A stretch of 64,000 bases of DNA from Dehalococcoidia bacterium (lineage in GTDB: Bacteria > Chloroflexota > Dehalococcoidia > UBA2979). The stretch spans positions 210,743 to 274,742 of the forward strand of contig JBFWSN010000002.1 of NCBI GenBank assembly GCA_050248355.1. Direction: 5' to 3'. Under the pieces are notes generated by a model. It saw only the letters and a program-made list of their open reading frames with translations, made no database searches and was not told the DNA's origin. The number at the start of each line of letters is the position of its first letter. Position 1 is the stretch's first letter. Made by a program: the position numbers and the translations under genes. Of the stretch, positions 36,181 to 44,723 are shown piece by piece.

Positions 36181-36375
36181 AATCTCCCCGGATCCGGGTG
36201 CGGTCGCCCACTTCGTCGTAGGTGTAGCCGACGGTGACGGACGGCGTCGCGCCCGCTCCCGCGCGCACCCGTCGACGGCTCGCCAGCTAATCGTGTACAA
36301 CCACCCCACACCGGAGATCATTTCTCCACCACTCCACCGGACGTCATCCATCGAACCTGGGAGAAGGCGAGCGAG

Positions 36376-37365
36376 ATGACAGCAACCGCCCGAGAAGGTG
36401 GCGCCGCGCCGACTCGGACTCGGCCAGGAGGTAGGGAGTCCTACCCCATTGAGTTCGAGCATGTGACGAAGCGGTACGGTCGCCGCACCGTCGTCGATGA
36501 CCTGTCGTTCACGGTGCAGCCCGGCCACGTCACGGGATTCCTGGGACCGAACGGATCCGGGAAGTCCACCTCCATGAAGGTGCTGCTCGGGCTGGCCGCT
36601 GCCAGTCGCGGCCGCGCGACCATTGGCGGACGGCACTTCCGCGACCTCGCGGATCCGACGGGCACGGTGGGCGTCCTCATCGAGCAGAACGCGTTTCACC
36701 CTGGACGGAGCGGGCGCGACCATCTCCGGATCCTCGCCGACGTCGCGGGCGTCCCGGCGGCACGATTGAAGGAGATCCTGACGCTGGTCGGTCTCGACGA
36801 CGATGCCGCGCATCGCCGCGTGGGCGCGTACTCGCTGGGTATGCGCCAGCGCCTCTCGCTGGCGGGCGCGCTGCTCTGCGACCCGCCAGTGCTGGTCCTC
36901 GACGAACCGGGCAACGGGCTCGATCCGCAGGGCATCCGGACGCTGCGTAACCTCCTCCGGACGCGCGCGGCGAACGGCGACACGGTGCTGGTCTCCAGCC
37001 ACCTGCTGGCCGAGGTCGAGCACCTGGTCGATGACATCGTGGTGATCGACCAGGGGCGGCTCATCACCACCGGCTCGATGCGCGACCTGCAGCAAGCCGC
37101 ATCTCTGGTGCGGACGGCCTCCAACGAGCGCCTCGGCGAGCTGCTCGAGTCCGCCGGCGCCGTCGTACGACACCAGGACACGCAGACGCTGATCGTGAGC
37201 GGCCTTCCGATCGAGGAGATCGGCGAACGCGCATTCGCGGCCGGCATCGTCGTTCACGAGCTCTCGACGCACGCAGGCTCGCTCGAGGACCTGTTCCTCG
37301 CGTGGACCGGCGGCAAGGCCGACGGCGCGCCCGGATCGGCCGAGAAGGAGGTCACGCACCTGTGA
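36376..37365 (+). CDS. ABC transporter ATP-binding protein (ABC-2/DrrA-like)
   Basis: Walker A GPNGSGKST, signature LSLGMRQRLSLA, Walker B VLVLDEP. GGGAGAAGG RBS. Confidence 0.8.
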   Translation: MTATAREGGAAPTRTRPGGRESYPIEFEHVTKRYGRRTVVDDLSFTVQPGHVTGFLGPNGSGKSTSMKVLLGLAAASRGRATIGGRHFRDLADPTGTVGVLIEQNAFHPGRSGRDHLRILADVAGVPAARLKEILTLVGLDDDAAHRRVGAYSLGMRQRLSLAGALLCDPPVLVLDEPGNGLDPQGIRTLRNLLRTRAANGDTVLVSSHLLAEVEHLVDDIVVIDQGRLITTGSMRDLQQAASLVRTASNERLGELLESAGAVVRHQDTQTLIVSGLPIEEIGERAFAAGIVVHELSTHAGSLEDLFLAWTGGKADGAPGSAEKEVTHL

Positions 37366-38108
37366 CGTCGAGACGACTGCTACGGGCCGAATTCCGCAAG
37401 CTGACGACCACCCGGATGCCGCTGGGCTTCCTGGCCGTCTTGGTGGTGCTGAGCGCCATCAACGCCGCCGTGGTCGTCTTCGGCACCGACGCGGACGGCA
37501 GCAAGGCGTTCATCGCGACGGCGGACGACCAGCAGTCGCTCGTCGCGTTCGCCGCCAACGCCTTCATCGGCGCAGGGCTGTTCGGCGCGATCGCCGTCGC
37601 GCGCGAGTACGGGCACGGGACCGTCGTTCCGATGTTCCTGGCCTCGCCGCGCCGGCACCGGGCGATGCTTGCCCAGTACACGGCGGTCTTCGTCGGCGGG
37701 GGCGTGCTCAGCGCGATCGGCGCCGGGATGCTGATCGCGGCGCTCGCGGCCTCGTTGCCGACGACCGAGCACGGCTTCCTGATGTCGGCGGGCGACGTGA
37801 CGCGGGTCGTGCTCGCGTCCACGTTCACCGGTGCCGCCGGCGCGGTGTTCGGCGCCGGGATCGGCGCGATGCTGCGCAACACGGGCGGCGCCGTCACGGG
37901 CACCATCCTGGCCCTCCTCGTCGCGCCGCCGCTGATCGTGCAGCTGGCGAGCGAGACGGCGTCCTGGGTGCCGGGGACGCTCGCCAACGTCCTCGCGGGG
38001 GTCGGCGACGACGTCGAGGTGATCGGCGCCGTCGCCGCCCTCGCCGCCTGGGCCGCCGTCCCCGCAGCGATCGGCCTCGTCTCCGTGCAGCGGCGGGACG
38101 TCGTCTAG
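37362..38108 (+). CDS. ABC-2 family transporter permease, GTG start overlapping the ATPase stop
   Basis: Six hydrophobic segments. The GTGA overlap implies translational coupling to the ATPase. Confidence 0.6.
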   Translation: MTSRRLLRAEFRKLTTTRMPLGFLAVLVVLSAINAAVVVFGTDADGSKAFIATADDQQSLVAFAANAFIGAGLFGAIAVAREYGHGTVVPMFLASPRRHRAMLAQYTAVFVGGGVLSAIGAGMLIAALAASLPTTEHGFLMSAGDVTRVVLASTFTGAAGAVFGAGIGAMLRNTGGAVTGTILALLVAPPLIVQLASETASWVPGTLANVLAGVGDDVEVIGAVAALAAWAAVPAAIGLVSVQRRDVV

Positions 38109-38184
38109 CCACCGCGTCACGGGCGTCGCTGTCGGGCCCGCGTGGCTCCGAGGGAACAGACACGAGCGCAGGGAGGCGCATCCG

Positions 38185-38998
38185 ATGGAACGCGGTAGTG
38201 CGTCCGGCTGGCAGTCGCTGTTGCGCTCCCGGTGGGCGACAGCGGCCGAGGCGCTTCGGGTCGGGGACGGTCGGCTGGCCCGTGGCGCCGTGCTCGTCCT
38301 CGTTACCGCGCTGGCGATCGTGATCGCGCGCGACCAGTTTCACACGATGGGCGCCGCGCCGGCCTCGGCGGGGACGACCGAGTTCTCGGCCGCGCGGGCA
38401 GCCGAGCACGTCGAGGCGGTCGCCGTCGCACCGCGGCCGCAGGGCTCGGAGGCGGCCGCCGCAAGCGTCGACGACATCGTTCGCGAGCTCGAGGCGCTGG
38501 GTCTCACCCCCGAGGTGCAGACCACGACGGCCGTCCGCACCACCGAGGGGACGGATGCGATCTTCGGCGCGACGGTCGTGAACGTCATGGCGCGCATCCC
38601 GGGCACGGACAGCAGCGGCGCGATCGTGCTCTCCGGCCACTACGACTCCGGGCCGAACGCCCTCGGCGCGGGAGACTGTCGCCCCGACCAACCCAGTCAG
38701 TCCCACAGGTGCCAATCTGGGCTGGTCCAGGAGGCCCACCGGCATTCGACATCCACGAAGAGAACCGGGCCGGTTGCGGGATCGATCCGGTCAATCGATC
38801 GCCGATCTTCGACCGAGATTCGTGACGGCGACCGTGCGGCGATCAACGAGCTGCTCGCGCTCGACGACGACACGCTCGCCCGTCGGGTTTCCGGTGGCGT
38901 TTCCGCCGCACGGGCTGCGCGTGCTCGAGGTCATCGACCGAGCGGGGCCTCAGCATGACAACGCCCACCTCGACAATGTCGAGGCTGGGGTGGCTTGA
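38185..38998 (+). pseudogene. M28-family peptidase paralog remnant: N-terminal roughly 165 aa joined, out of frame, to a C-terminal roughly 60-aa remnant, with the central roughly 550 aa missing
   Basis: Residues 30-165 are about 70% identical to the N-terminus of the 792-aa M28 peptidase at 44724..47102, up to NALGAGDC. Two overlapping frames downstream (DGDRAAINELLALDDD and GLRVLEVIDRAGPQHDNAHLD) weakly match the extreme C-terminus of that protein. Confidence 0.5.
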
Positions 38999-39617
38999 TT
39001 CGTACTATCACCCGATAGTGGCGATCCCGTGCCGATCCAATGCGGGGTTTCATCTCGCGAAACGTCGGTATCGGTTGGGGCTGCTCGCCGGCCTGCGACG
39101 CGGCATCACGCGGGTAATGTATGCTCGGGCAGGCCCGCGTGCTCGGAAAGAGGCGTTTCGGGCGCGGGCTCTTCGCCCCAAACCCACCGCGTTCGGAGTC
39201 TGAGCCCGACACGCGGGCCATTTCCCACGACCAGCAGGGACGCCGTAGCCCCGGGCGACCAAAGCATCAGTGGCCGCGAACGTCGCTGTATCTCTGAGTG
39301 GATGACCGTGGTGAGAATTTGCGCTGGACGTGGTTGCTCAGGTGGCGGAGTAACCCCGGGACGAGCCCTACGAACCAATCAGATGAACCACTTACTTCCC
39401 CGGCACTCACCCTGCGGGGCCTTGCGGCCCAGAACGGAACTGACAGAGAACCGAGTATCCGTCGAACCAGAACCGGGGCTCGTCCCGGGCTCCGGAGGGT
39501 AAGACCGCAAGCCCTGGGCGTCAGCGCAGCTGTGGAGTAGGCCTGAGCGATCGCCCAATCTCCCTTCTGAGAGTAACCACCCCTGTGCAAGCACCCAAAT
39601 GGGGACCCTTCGGGTTC

Positions 39618-40034
39618 CTAGGCGGCCGCCTCGGCGGGGGACGGCAAATGCCATGAGTCGGCTTGCAGCCACGGGAGCACCGAGCTGAGCTCACGGAACT
39701 CATCGAACGAGAACGCGTTCAGCAGCACCCCCCGCTCGACGTCTCGGGCGTCAGCCACCCAGGCCTCAGGGAAGCTGGCAAGCGCTTGCTCGTAGGCGCG
39801 AGCAAGGATGCGGGCGTCCTCTGGCGTCAGTGCCAGCCAAGCCTGCAGACGTGCAAGCGCACACTCGTAGCGCAGCGGCTCGGGAAGTTCGTGCTCGGCG
39901 CGAATGATGCCGCGAAACTCCGTGTGCATCTGCGCGTCGGAAAGGCTGAGGTAGCCGTAGTAGCGCTCGGCCTCCGACTCGAACCCGAGGTGAGCATCAG
40001 CTCGACGGGGGGCGGTTGGGGTGATCGTCGACAT
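39618..40034 (-). CDS. hypothetical protein (138 aa)
   Basis: Start reset to MSTITPTAPRR, after GAGGAG. Protein-like composition (YYGYLSLSDAQMHTEF). The N-terminal part of the track ORF is low-complexity read-through. Confidence 0.45.
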   Translation of the reverse strand: MSTITPTAPRRADAHLGFESEAERYYGYLSLSDAQMHTEFRGIIRAEHELPEPLRYECALARLQAWLALTPEDARILARAYEQALASFPEAWVADARDVERGVLLNAFSFDEFRELSSVLPWLQADSWHLPSPAEAAA

Positions 40035-40245
40035 CGGGTACTCCTCTCGCGGCTCCTGGTGATCAATTGCTGGCAGTCGCTCATGACGACTGCTAACTGT
40101 ATTAGTATCAAGTGCACGGAGCCTCATCAACAGCTGAAGCGCAGCGTCCCGTGCAGAAATCACGCGAGCGGGTGCGAGAGTGTTGCCTGACCGGGCCGAC
40201 ACGTTCATGCTCAGTCGCCACGACCCGATAAGAGGCGTAACTGGT

Positions 40246-40273
40246 CTTAGCAGTCTCAGTGTGAGAGTGCTAA
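40246..40273 (+). promoter_or_regulatory. CIRCE-like inverted repeat (HrcA operator) 42 nt upstream of the Hsp20 start
   Basis: TTAGCAGTCTCA-gtgg-TGAGAGTGCTAA. This compares with the CIRCE consensus TTAGCACTC-N9-GAGTGCTAA, with one mismatch in the left arm and a 10-nt rather than 9-nt spacing between the 9-mers. Confidence 0.55.
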
Positions 40274-40314
40274 AACTCACTCAAAGGGCCACACGCACAC
40301 GAAGGGAGAACCCA

Positions 40315-40842
40315 ATGGCCGACATCATGTCCCGCACGCGGTACGACCTGCTGCAGATGCTGTCCAGCATGGAGCGTCTCTTCGACGGCTCGGGCCTCGA
40401 GACGGAGGAGGGCACGCTCGCCCTCGACATTTACGAGCAGGACAACGCACTCGTCGTCGAGGCTTCTGTGCCGGGATTCAGCCGCGAGGACATCGACGTC
40501 CAGCTTCACCAGGGACTGCTCTCGATCGTCGCCAGCCGACCGGCACAGCGCGACGTCGCGGACAGCGGCCGGCGCTACTACCGCCAGGAACGACCGACCG
40601 GCGCATGGACTCGCCGCATTGCGCTGCCCGGCGTGGTCCACGACGCGGACGTGGCTGCCCAGATGAAGGATGGGGTGCTCATCCTCCGTATCCCTATCCC
40701 TGCTGCAGCGAGGCCGCGACGGATTGAGATCGGCGCTGGTGTCGAGGCGACCACCAGTTCGGCGGCCACCACCCATCAGGGTGTGATGGGTGGCGAGAGC
40801 AACTACCAGGCGCCGGAGCCGGTCGGGGCGGCTCTGAACTAG
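40315..40842 (+). CDS. Hsp20/alpha-crystallin family small heat-shock protein
   Basis: Alpha-crystallin domain (LALDIYEQDNALVVEASVPGFSREDIDVQLHQGLLSI...GVLILRIP). GAAGGGAGAA RBS. Confidence 0.8.
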   Translation: MADIMSRTRYDLLQMLSSMERLFDGSGLETEEGTLALDIYEQDNALVVEASVPGFSREDIDVQLHQGLLSIVASRPAQRDVADSGRRYYRQERPTGAWTRRIALPGVVHDADVAAQMKDGVLILRIPIPAAARPRRIEIGAGVEATTSSAATTHQGVMGGESNYQAPEPVGAALN

Positions 40843-40856
40843 CCAAGCTGCCGGTG

Positions 40857-40890
40857 CAGCGGAGGCCCGCGGGCGCCTGGGCCTCCGCTG
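40857..40890 (+). terminator. GC-rich hairpin following the Hsp20 gene (putative intrinsic terminator, lacks a U-tract)
   Basis: Perfect 12-nt arms CAGCGGAGGCCC / GGGCCTCCGCTG with a 10-nt loop, 15 nt after the stop codon. Confidence 0.4.
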
Positions 40891-40916
40891 ACCCTATCCG
40901 CTACAACGAGGTCCGC

Positions 40917-41171
40917 ATGCCTCTCTACGAGTATCAATGCGGTCGCTGCGGCAGTGAGTTCGAGCTGCTTCGGCGTATGGACGTCGTTGACCAACCGCCG
41001 TGCGTGAGCTGTGGGTCAACGGCGACCACCCGCAAGGTCTCATCGTTCATCGTCCAGGGCTGGACGCGCGCACGCGCGAAACGGCCTCGGGACGAGGTTC
41101 GGAGTGAGCCGGATGAGTACGAACTCCTCCCTACGGACCACAGCGACGAGCCCGATTGGGCCGACTTCTAG
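40917..41171 (+). CDS. FmdB-family zinc-ribbon protein
   Basis: MPLYEYQCGRCGSEFE...PPCVSCGS. The CxxC-x(n)-CxxC arrangement is diagnostic of the FmdB putative regulatory family. Confidence 0.6.
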   Translation: MPLYEYQCGRCGSEFELLRRMDVVDQPPCVSCGSTATTRKVSSFIVQGWTRARAKRPRDEVRSEPDEYELLPTDHSDEPDWADF

Positions 41172-41226
41172 CGCAACCCAGACAGTCGGGCGTCGAAAGC
41201 GCGCCCGCTCACACACGGAGGTTGAG

Positions 41227-42135
41227 ATGCACGACGCTGTTCATCTCCTGCTGGAGGAGCAGCTTCACGATCCCCTGCTGATCGCAGGTTTCGAGTCACA
41301 GTCCGGGGACACGGGCGCCGCGGCTATCCGGCAGCTGGTGCGAAGCTGGAATGCACGGCTCATCGCCGACATCGACCCCGACGAGTTCTTTGATTTCACG
41401 GTCCGGCGCCCGACGGTCCGCCGGCAGGATGGTCAGACAGTGATCGAGTGGCCATCCAACCGCCTCTACCTCGCTCGGTGCGGACAGCGCGATGTGATTC
41501 TGCTCGATGGCATGGAGCCGAGCCTGCGATGGAATGCGTTCTCGAAGGCATTGACGTCGTTGTGCGCGACGCTCGGCGTCAGCGCGGTGCTGATGCTCGA
41601 CGTCCAGCCGGGCAATGTCCCCCACACACGGCCGCGTCCCCTCCGCCTCGTCGGTGACGCAGCGGGCTTGCGAACGCTTCCGGCGTTGCTGCGTCTTGAA
41701 TCGCAGCCGCTGACGTACGAGGGTCCGGTCGGGATCGCGGCCGTGCTCGCAGAGCAGTTGCACTTCGAGGGGATCGAGAGTGGGAGCTTGCAGGTGATGG
41801 TCCCGGCATACATCCCGGGCACCGCTGACCCGCAGGCGGCCCTGGCCTTCGTTGCGGCACTGGATGGCGCGCTTGGGACCGATACGGATGTCGAGGCGCT
41901 GCGGGCCGAATGCGCGGCGTTCGACCAGCAGCTCACCCTGCTGATGCAGGGAACACCGCCGCTCGCGAGGACCGTTGCCTGGCTGGAGCAGCAGTTCGAC
42001 TGGCTGAAGGGCACCACGGCATCGCACCCACCGTCGCCCTCGTTGCCGTCACCTGCATCAGCCGTCGCCGACGTGGAACGCTTCCTCAAAGCACAACGAG
42101 GTCAGACGGAAGCGGAAGCTGACTCCGCTGTGTAG
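41227..42135 (+). CDS. PAC2-family (proteasome-assembly-chaperone-like) protein
   Basis: Start at ATG 41227, after GGAGG. N-terminal PLLIAGFESQSGDTGAAA matches the PAC2 pattern. About 300 aa. Confidence 0.55.
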   Translation: MHDAVHLLLEEQLHDPLLIAGFESQSGDTGAAAIRQLVRSWNARLIADIDPDEFFDFTVRRPTVRRQDGQTVIEWPSNRLYLARCGQRDVILLDGMEPSLRWNAFSKALTSLCATLGVSAVLMLDVQPGNVPHTRPRPLRLVGDAAGLRTLPALLRLESQPLTYEGPVGIAAVLAEQLHFEGIESGSLQVMVPAYIPGTADPQAALAFVAALDGALGTDTDVEALRAECAAFDQQLTLLMQGTPPLARTVAWLEQQFDWLKGTTASHPPSPSLPSPASAVADVERFLKAQRGQTEAEADSAV

Positions 42136-42581
42136 TCCCACGCAGTCACAGTCAAGATACCCAGGGTCCATCCCCTGACGCGCGGCCCTCGGCCGGGTCG
42201 CACGGCGGGCCTTCGGCGCCCGCGTGAGCATCTGCTCGGAGCCGTCTGGGGTCTGTCCAGCCACCTCATGAAGTCGCGTACGGCATGCTCCGCACTGGCG
42301 ATCGACTCACGTACGATGTCGCAGCGTTCCAGCGACCATTTACCTAACGCTCACGAGAAACACTCCCCGGTACCGCGCGGCGATCAGTGAGGACGATCTT
42401 GGAGAAGCCGATCTCCGATGCGCAAAGACCGTCGGGCGACTCCGCTAGAGCCGAACCTGCGAGGCTCAGCTCTCTGAACCGCGTGCGATCGACCCCATCG
42501 GAGCCCGACCTTGCAGGTACACGTCGGACGAGGTGCGGTGGGACCCACCGACCGACCCGGAGGGGCTGGATTCCAGTGAGC

Positions 42582-43001
42582 ATGCTGGCGTTCTGCCTCG
42601 CGCTCCTCGCCGGCTGCTCGGGCGAGAACGGGAACTCCGATGCGTCATCAGCCATCGTTGCGACAAGGGGTCCCAGCCCGACGGCCTCTACATCTCACAC
42701 GCCAACTTCTACGGCAAGTGCGACCGTGATAACGACTCGGGCACCGGAGTTCAACTTCGACCGCATTGGTAACCTCGTGCGTGAGAATCCAGGACAACCG
42801 GCGGCCTCGTGGTTTCTCGTCTACGAGCAGGCCGGGGCTCCGGCACTGACGGTGGAACTGCGGTTTGATGCAGCCACCCAATGCGTCACGAGCGCGCAAT
42901 CGAGTGGATGCGATGCGCTGCAGGTGGGTTCACGGGTCGCCGTCCTCGGTGTTCGGTCGGGTGATGCCGTTCGCGTCGTGCGACTCGAAGTACTCCGGTA
43001 G
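42582..43001 (+). CDS. hypothetical lipoprotein
   Basis: Lipobox LLAGC after a hydrophobic h-region (MLAFCLALLAGCSG), followed by a Ser/Thr-rich linker. Start chosen at the ATG of the signal peptide. Confidence 0.45.
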   Translation: MLAFCLALLAGCSGENGNSDASSAIVATRGPSPTASTSHTPTSTASATVITTRAPEFNFDRIGNLVRENPGQPAASWFLVYEQAGAPALTVELRFDAATQCVTSAQSSGCDALQVGSRVAVLGVRSGDAVRVVRLEVLR

Positions 43002-43193
43002 CTCAGAGTCAGAGGCGACGTGGTTGTCTTCCATCCGTCGCCACGGGCCAGGCGAAGACGGGCGTCGGCCCGGAGCGCCACACCCGGTGATTGTTCAGCG
43101 TGCGATCCAGTGAAATCAGTCGAACCCTCTGGGAGTAGTCTCGCCGGGCGCGCATCGACCCGAGAGGCCCCCGCCTGGATCTGACGGATCGAC

Positions 43194-43976
43194 GTGGGCC
43201 GCATAGGAGGCATGTGTCCTGCGGGCCACTCCGTGACGTACCATCCAGGCGACAAACTGGGGCACAGGAGCACTCGGATTCGGCCGACTATGCGCCGTCT
43301 GGCGACTGCGGGTATCCTCGCGACGGCCGCGCTCTGGGCGCTGCTCTACCGCCTCGGACGGACCTGGGGAGCTACGGGCGAGGAGAGACAGCGGCATCTG
43401 CCCGGTGATGAGCTCGTCCCGCACGCCGCGATCGTCACCGACCACGCGGTCGACATCAGCGCCCCGGCGGAGCGAATCTGGCCCTGGCTCCTGCAGGTAG
43501 GCTGGGGACGCGGCGGCTGGTACACGTACCGCTGGGTGGATGCGCTACTCTTCCCGGCCAACGCACCGAGCGCCACAGCCATTCGGGCCGAGCTCCAGCA
43601 GCTGGCCGTCGGTGACAAAATACTGGACGGCCCACCCGAAGCGGACTGTTTCTTCACCGTCCAGGAACTCGTCCCGGAGCGGGTGCTCGTCTTGCTTTCG
43701 CACACGCACCTGCCGCCGCAACTCCGCGGCCGCCCGGGCATCGGACTCAACTTCAGCTGGACGTTCAACCTCGAGCCCTTGTCCGGCGGACGCACGCGCT
43801 TCCACTTTCGTTCACGCGCCGCTGCTCACCCATGGTGGCTGCTCGCTGCCTACCGGATGCTGCTCGTGCCTGCTGACTTCCTGATGGCGCGGAGTATGTG
43901 CATGGGTCTGAAGCGACGCGCCGAGGCGGAGATTGCGGCTGTCCTTTTGAGCGGCGACCCAGGAGGCGAGGGATGA
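43194..43976 (+). CDS. SRPBCC-like (polyketide-cyclase/START-fold) membrane-anchored protein, paralog 1. Start uncertain: GTG 43194 or ATG 43290.
   Basis: N-terminal TM helix, then IWPWLLQVGWGRGGWYTY, a hallmark of this actinobacterial SRPBCC subgroup. Confidence 0.5.
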   Translation: MGRIGGMCPAGHSVTYHPGDKLGHRSTRIRPTMRRLATAGILATAALWALLYRLGRTWGATGEERQRHLPGDELVPHAAIVTDHAVDISAPAERIWPWLLQVGWGRGGWYTYRWVDALLFPANAPSATAIRAELQQLAVGDKILDGPPEADCFFTVQELVPERVLVLLSHTHLPPQLRGRPGIGLNFSWTFNLEPLSGGRTRFHFRSRAAAHPWWLLAAYRMLLVPADFLMARSMCMGLKRRAEAEIAAVLLSGDPGGEG

Positions 43977-44674
43977 CGGGCGCTCCCCGTCTGCCGACGA
44001 ACGGGCGCCGCCGACGCTCGCGTCGTGCCCTGAACAGCGTGCTGGTGCCCGTCGCCCTGCTGGCGATCGGAGTTGAATTCGCGCTGTACCGATGGTGGCA
44101 CCTCCGTTGGGGGGCGCGACCGGCTGAGGTCGTAGCCGCCATGCCAGGCGACGACCTGCTGCCGCGCGCCCACTTTGTGGCAACAAGAGCCATCACCATC
44201 GGTGTGCCACCTGCTGACGTATGGCCGTGGCTGCTGCAGGTCGGCGTCGGACGCGGAGGGTTCTACAGCTATGACCTCCTCGACAACCTCGGTCGGCACA
44301 GCGCTGAGTCGCTCGATCCCAATCTGCAGGCGCTAAACCCTGGTGACTGGATTCCAATGTCGCGACGACCGTCGGAACGCACCGCCTTTCGCGTTGCCGG
44401 TCTCGAGGCGCCCCGCTGGATGCTGTGGACCAAGCACGACAGCACGTGGGCGTGGCAGCTCGAACCGTCGGAGCAAGCCACGACGCGACTGGTGACGCGA
44501 CTGCGCTGTCGGTACGACTGGCGCGACTTCCCCTCAATACTGCTAACCGTCGTGCTTATGGAGTGCGGCGACTTCCCGATGATGCGTCGCATGCTCCTCG
44601 GCATTCGCCAGCGGGCGGAAGGCGCGGCGCGCGATGGCAGCCCGTCGTTAGACTCCCACGCTGGGCCGTCGTGA
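43973..44674 (+). CDS. SRPBCC-like membrane-anchored protein, paralog 2
   Basis: ATGA overlap with paralog 1. VWPWLLQVGVGRGGFYSY motif. Confidence 0.5.
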   Translation: MTGAPRLPTNGRRRRSRRALNSVLVPVALLAIGVEFALYRWWHLRWGARPAEVVAAMPGDDLLPRAHFVATRAITIGVPPADVWPWLLQVGVGRGGFYSYDLLDNLGRHSAESLDPNLQALNPGDWIPMSRRPSERTAFRVAGLEAPRWMLWTKHDSTWAWQLEPSEQATTRLVTRLRCRYDWRDFPSILLTVVLMECGDFPMMRRMLLGIRQRAEGAARDGSPSLDSHAGPS

Positions 44675-44723
44675 TGCTCCTGATAGCGTCTTCCGTCGAT
44701 TCGGTTGCGAACGCGGGTTTGCT

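Noticed and set aside
36181-37359. Upstream 390 codons of the 606-aa minus-strand ORF 35539-37359
   Set aside because: Antisense to the ABC ATPase gene. Only the last roughly 213 codons (35539-36180) resemble a Gfo/Idh/MocA C-terminal domain.
37380-38745. Minus-strand ORFs 37380-38120 and 37894-38745
   Set aside because: Antisense to the ABC-2 permease and the M28 remnant. Arg/Gly/Asp low complexity.
39000-39610. RNase P RNA, tmRNA or SRP RNA in the ORF-poor region
   Set aside because: Conserved cores were checked by eye on both strands and not found: the RNase P P4 strands (AGGAAAGUCCGGGCUCC / ACAGAAcCCGGCUUA), a tmRNA tag ORF plus CCA tRNA-like end, and SRP domain IV. Retained only as an unclassified candidate.
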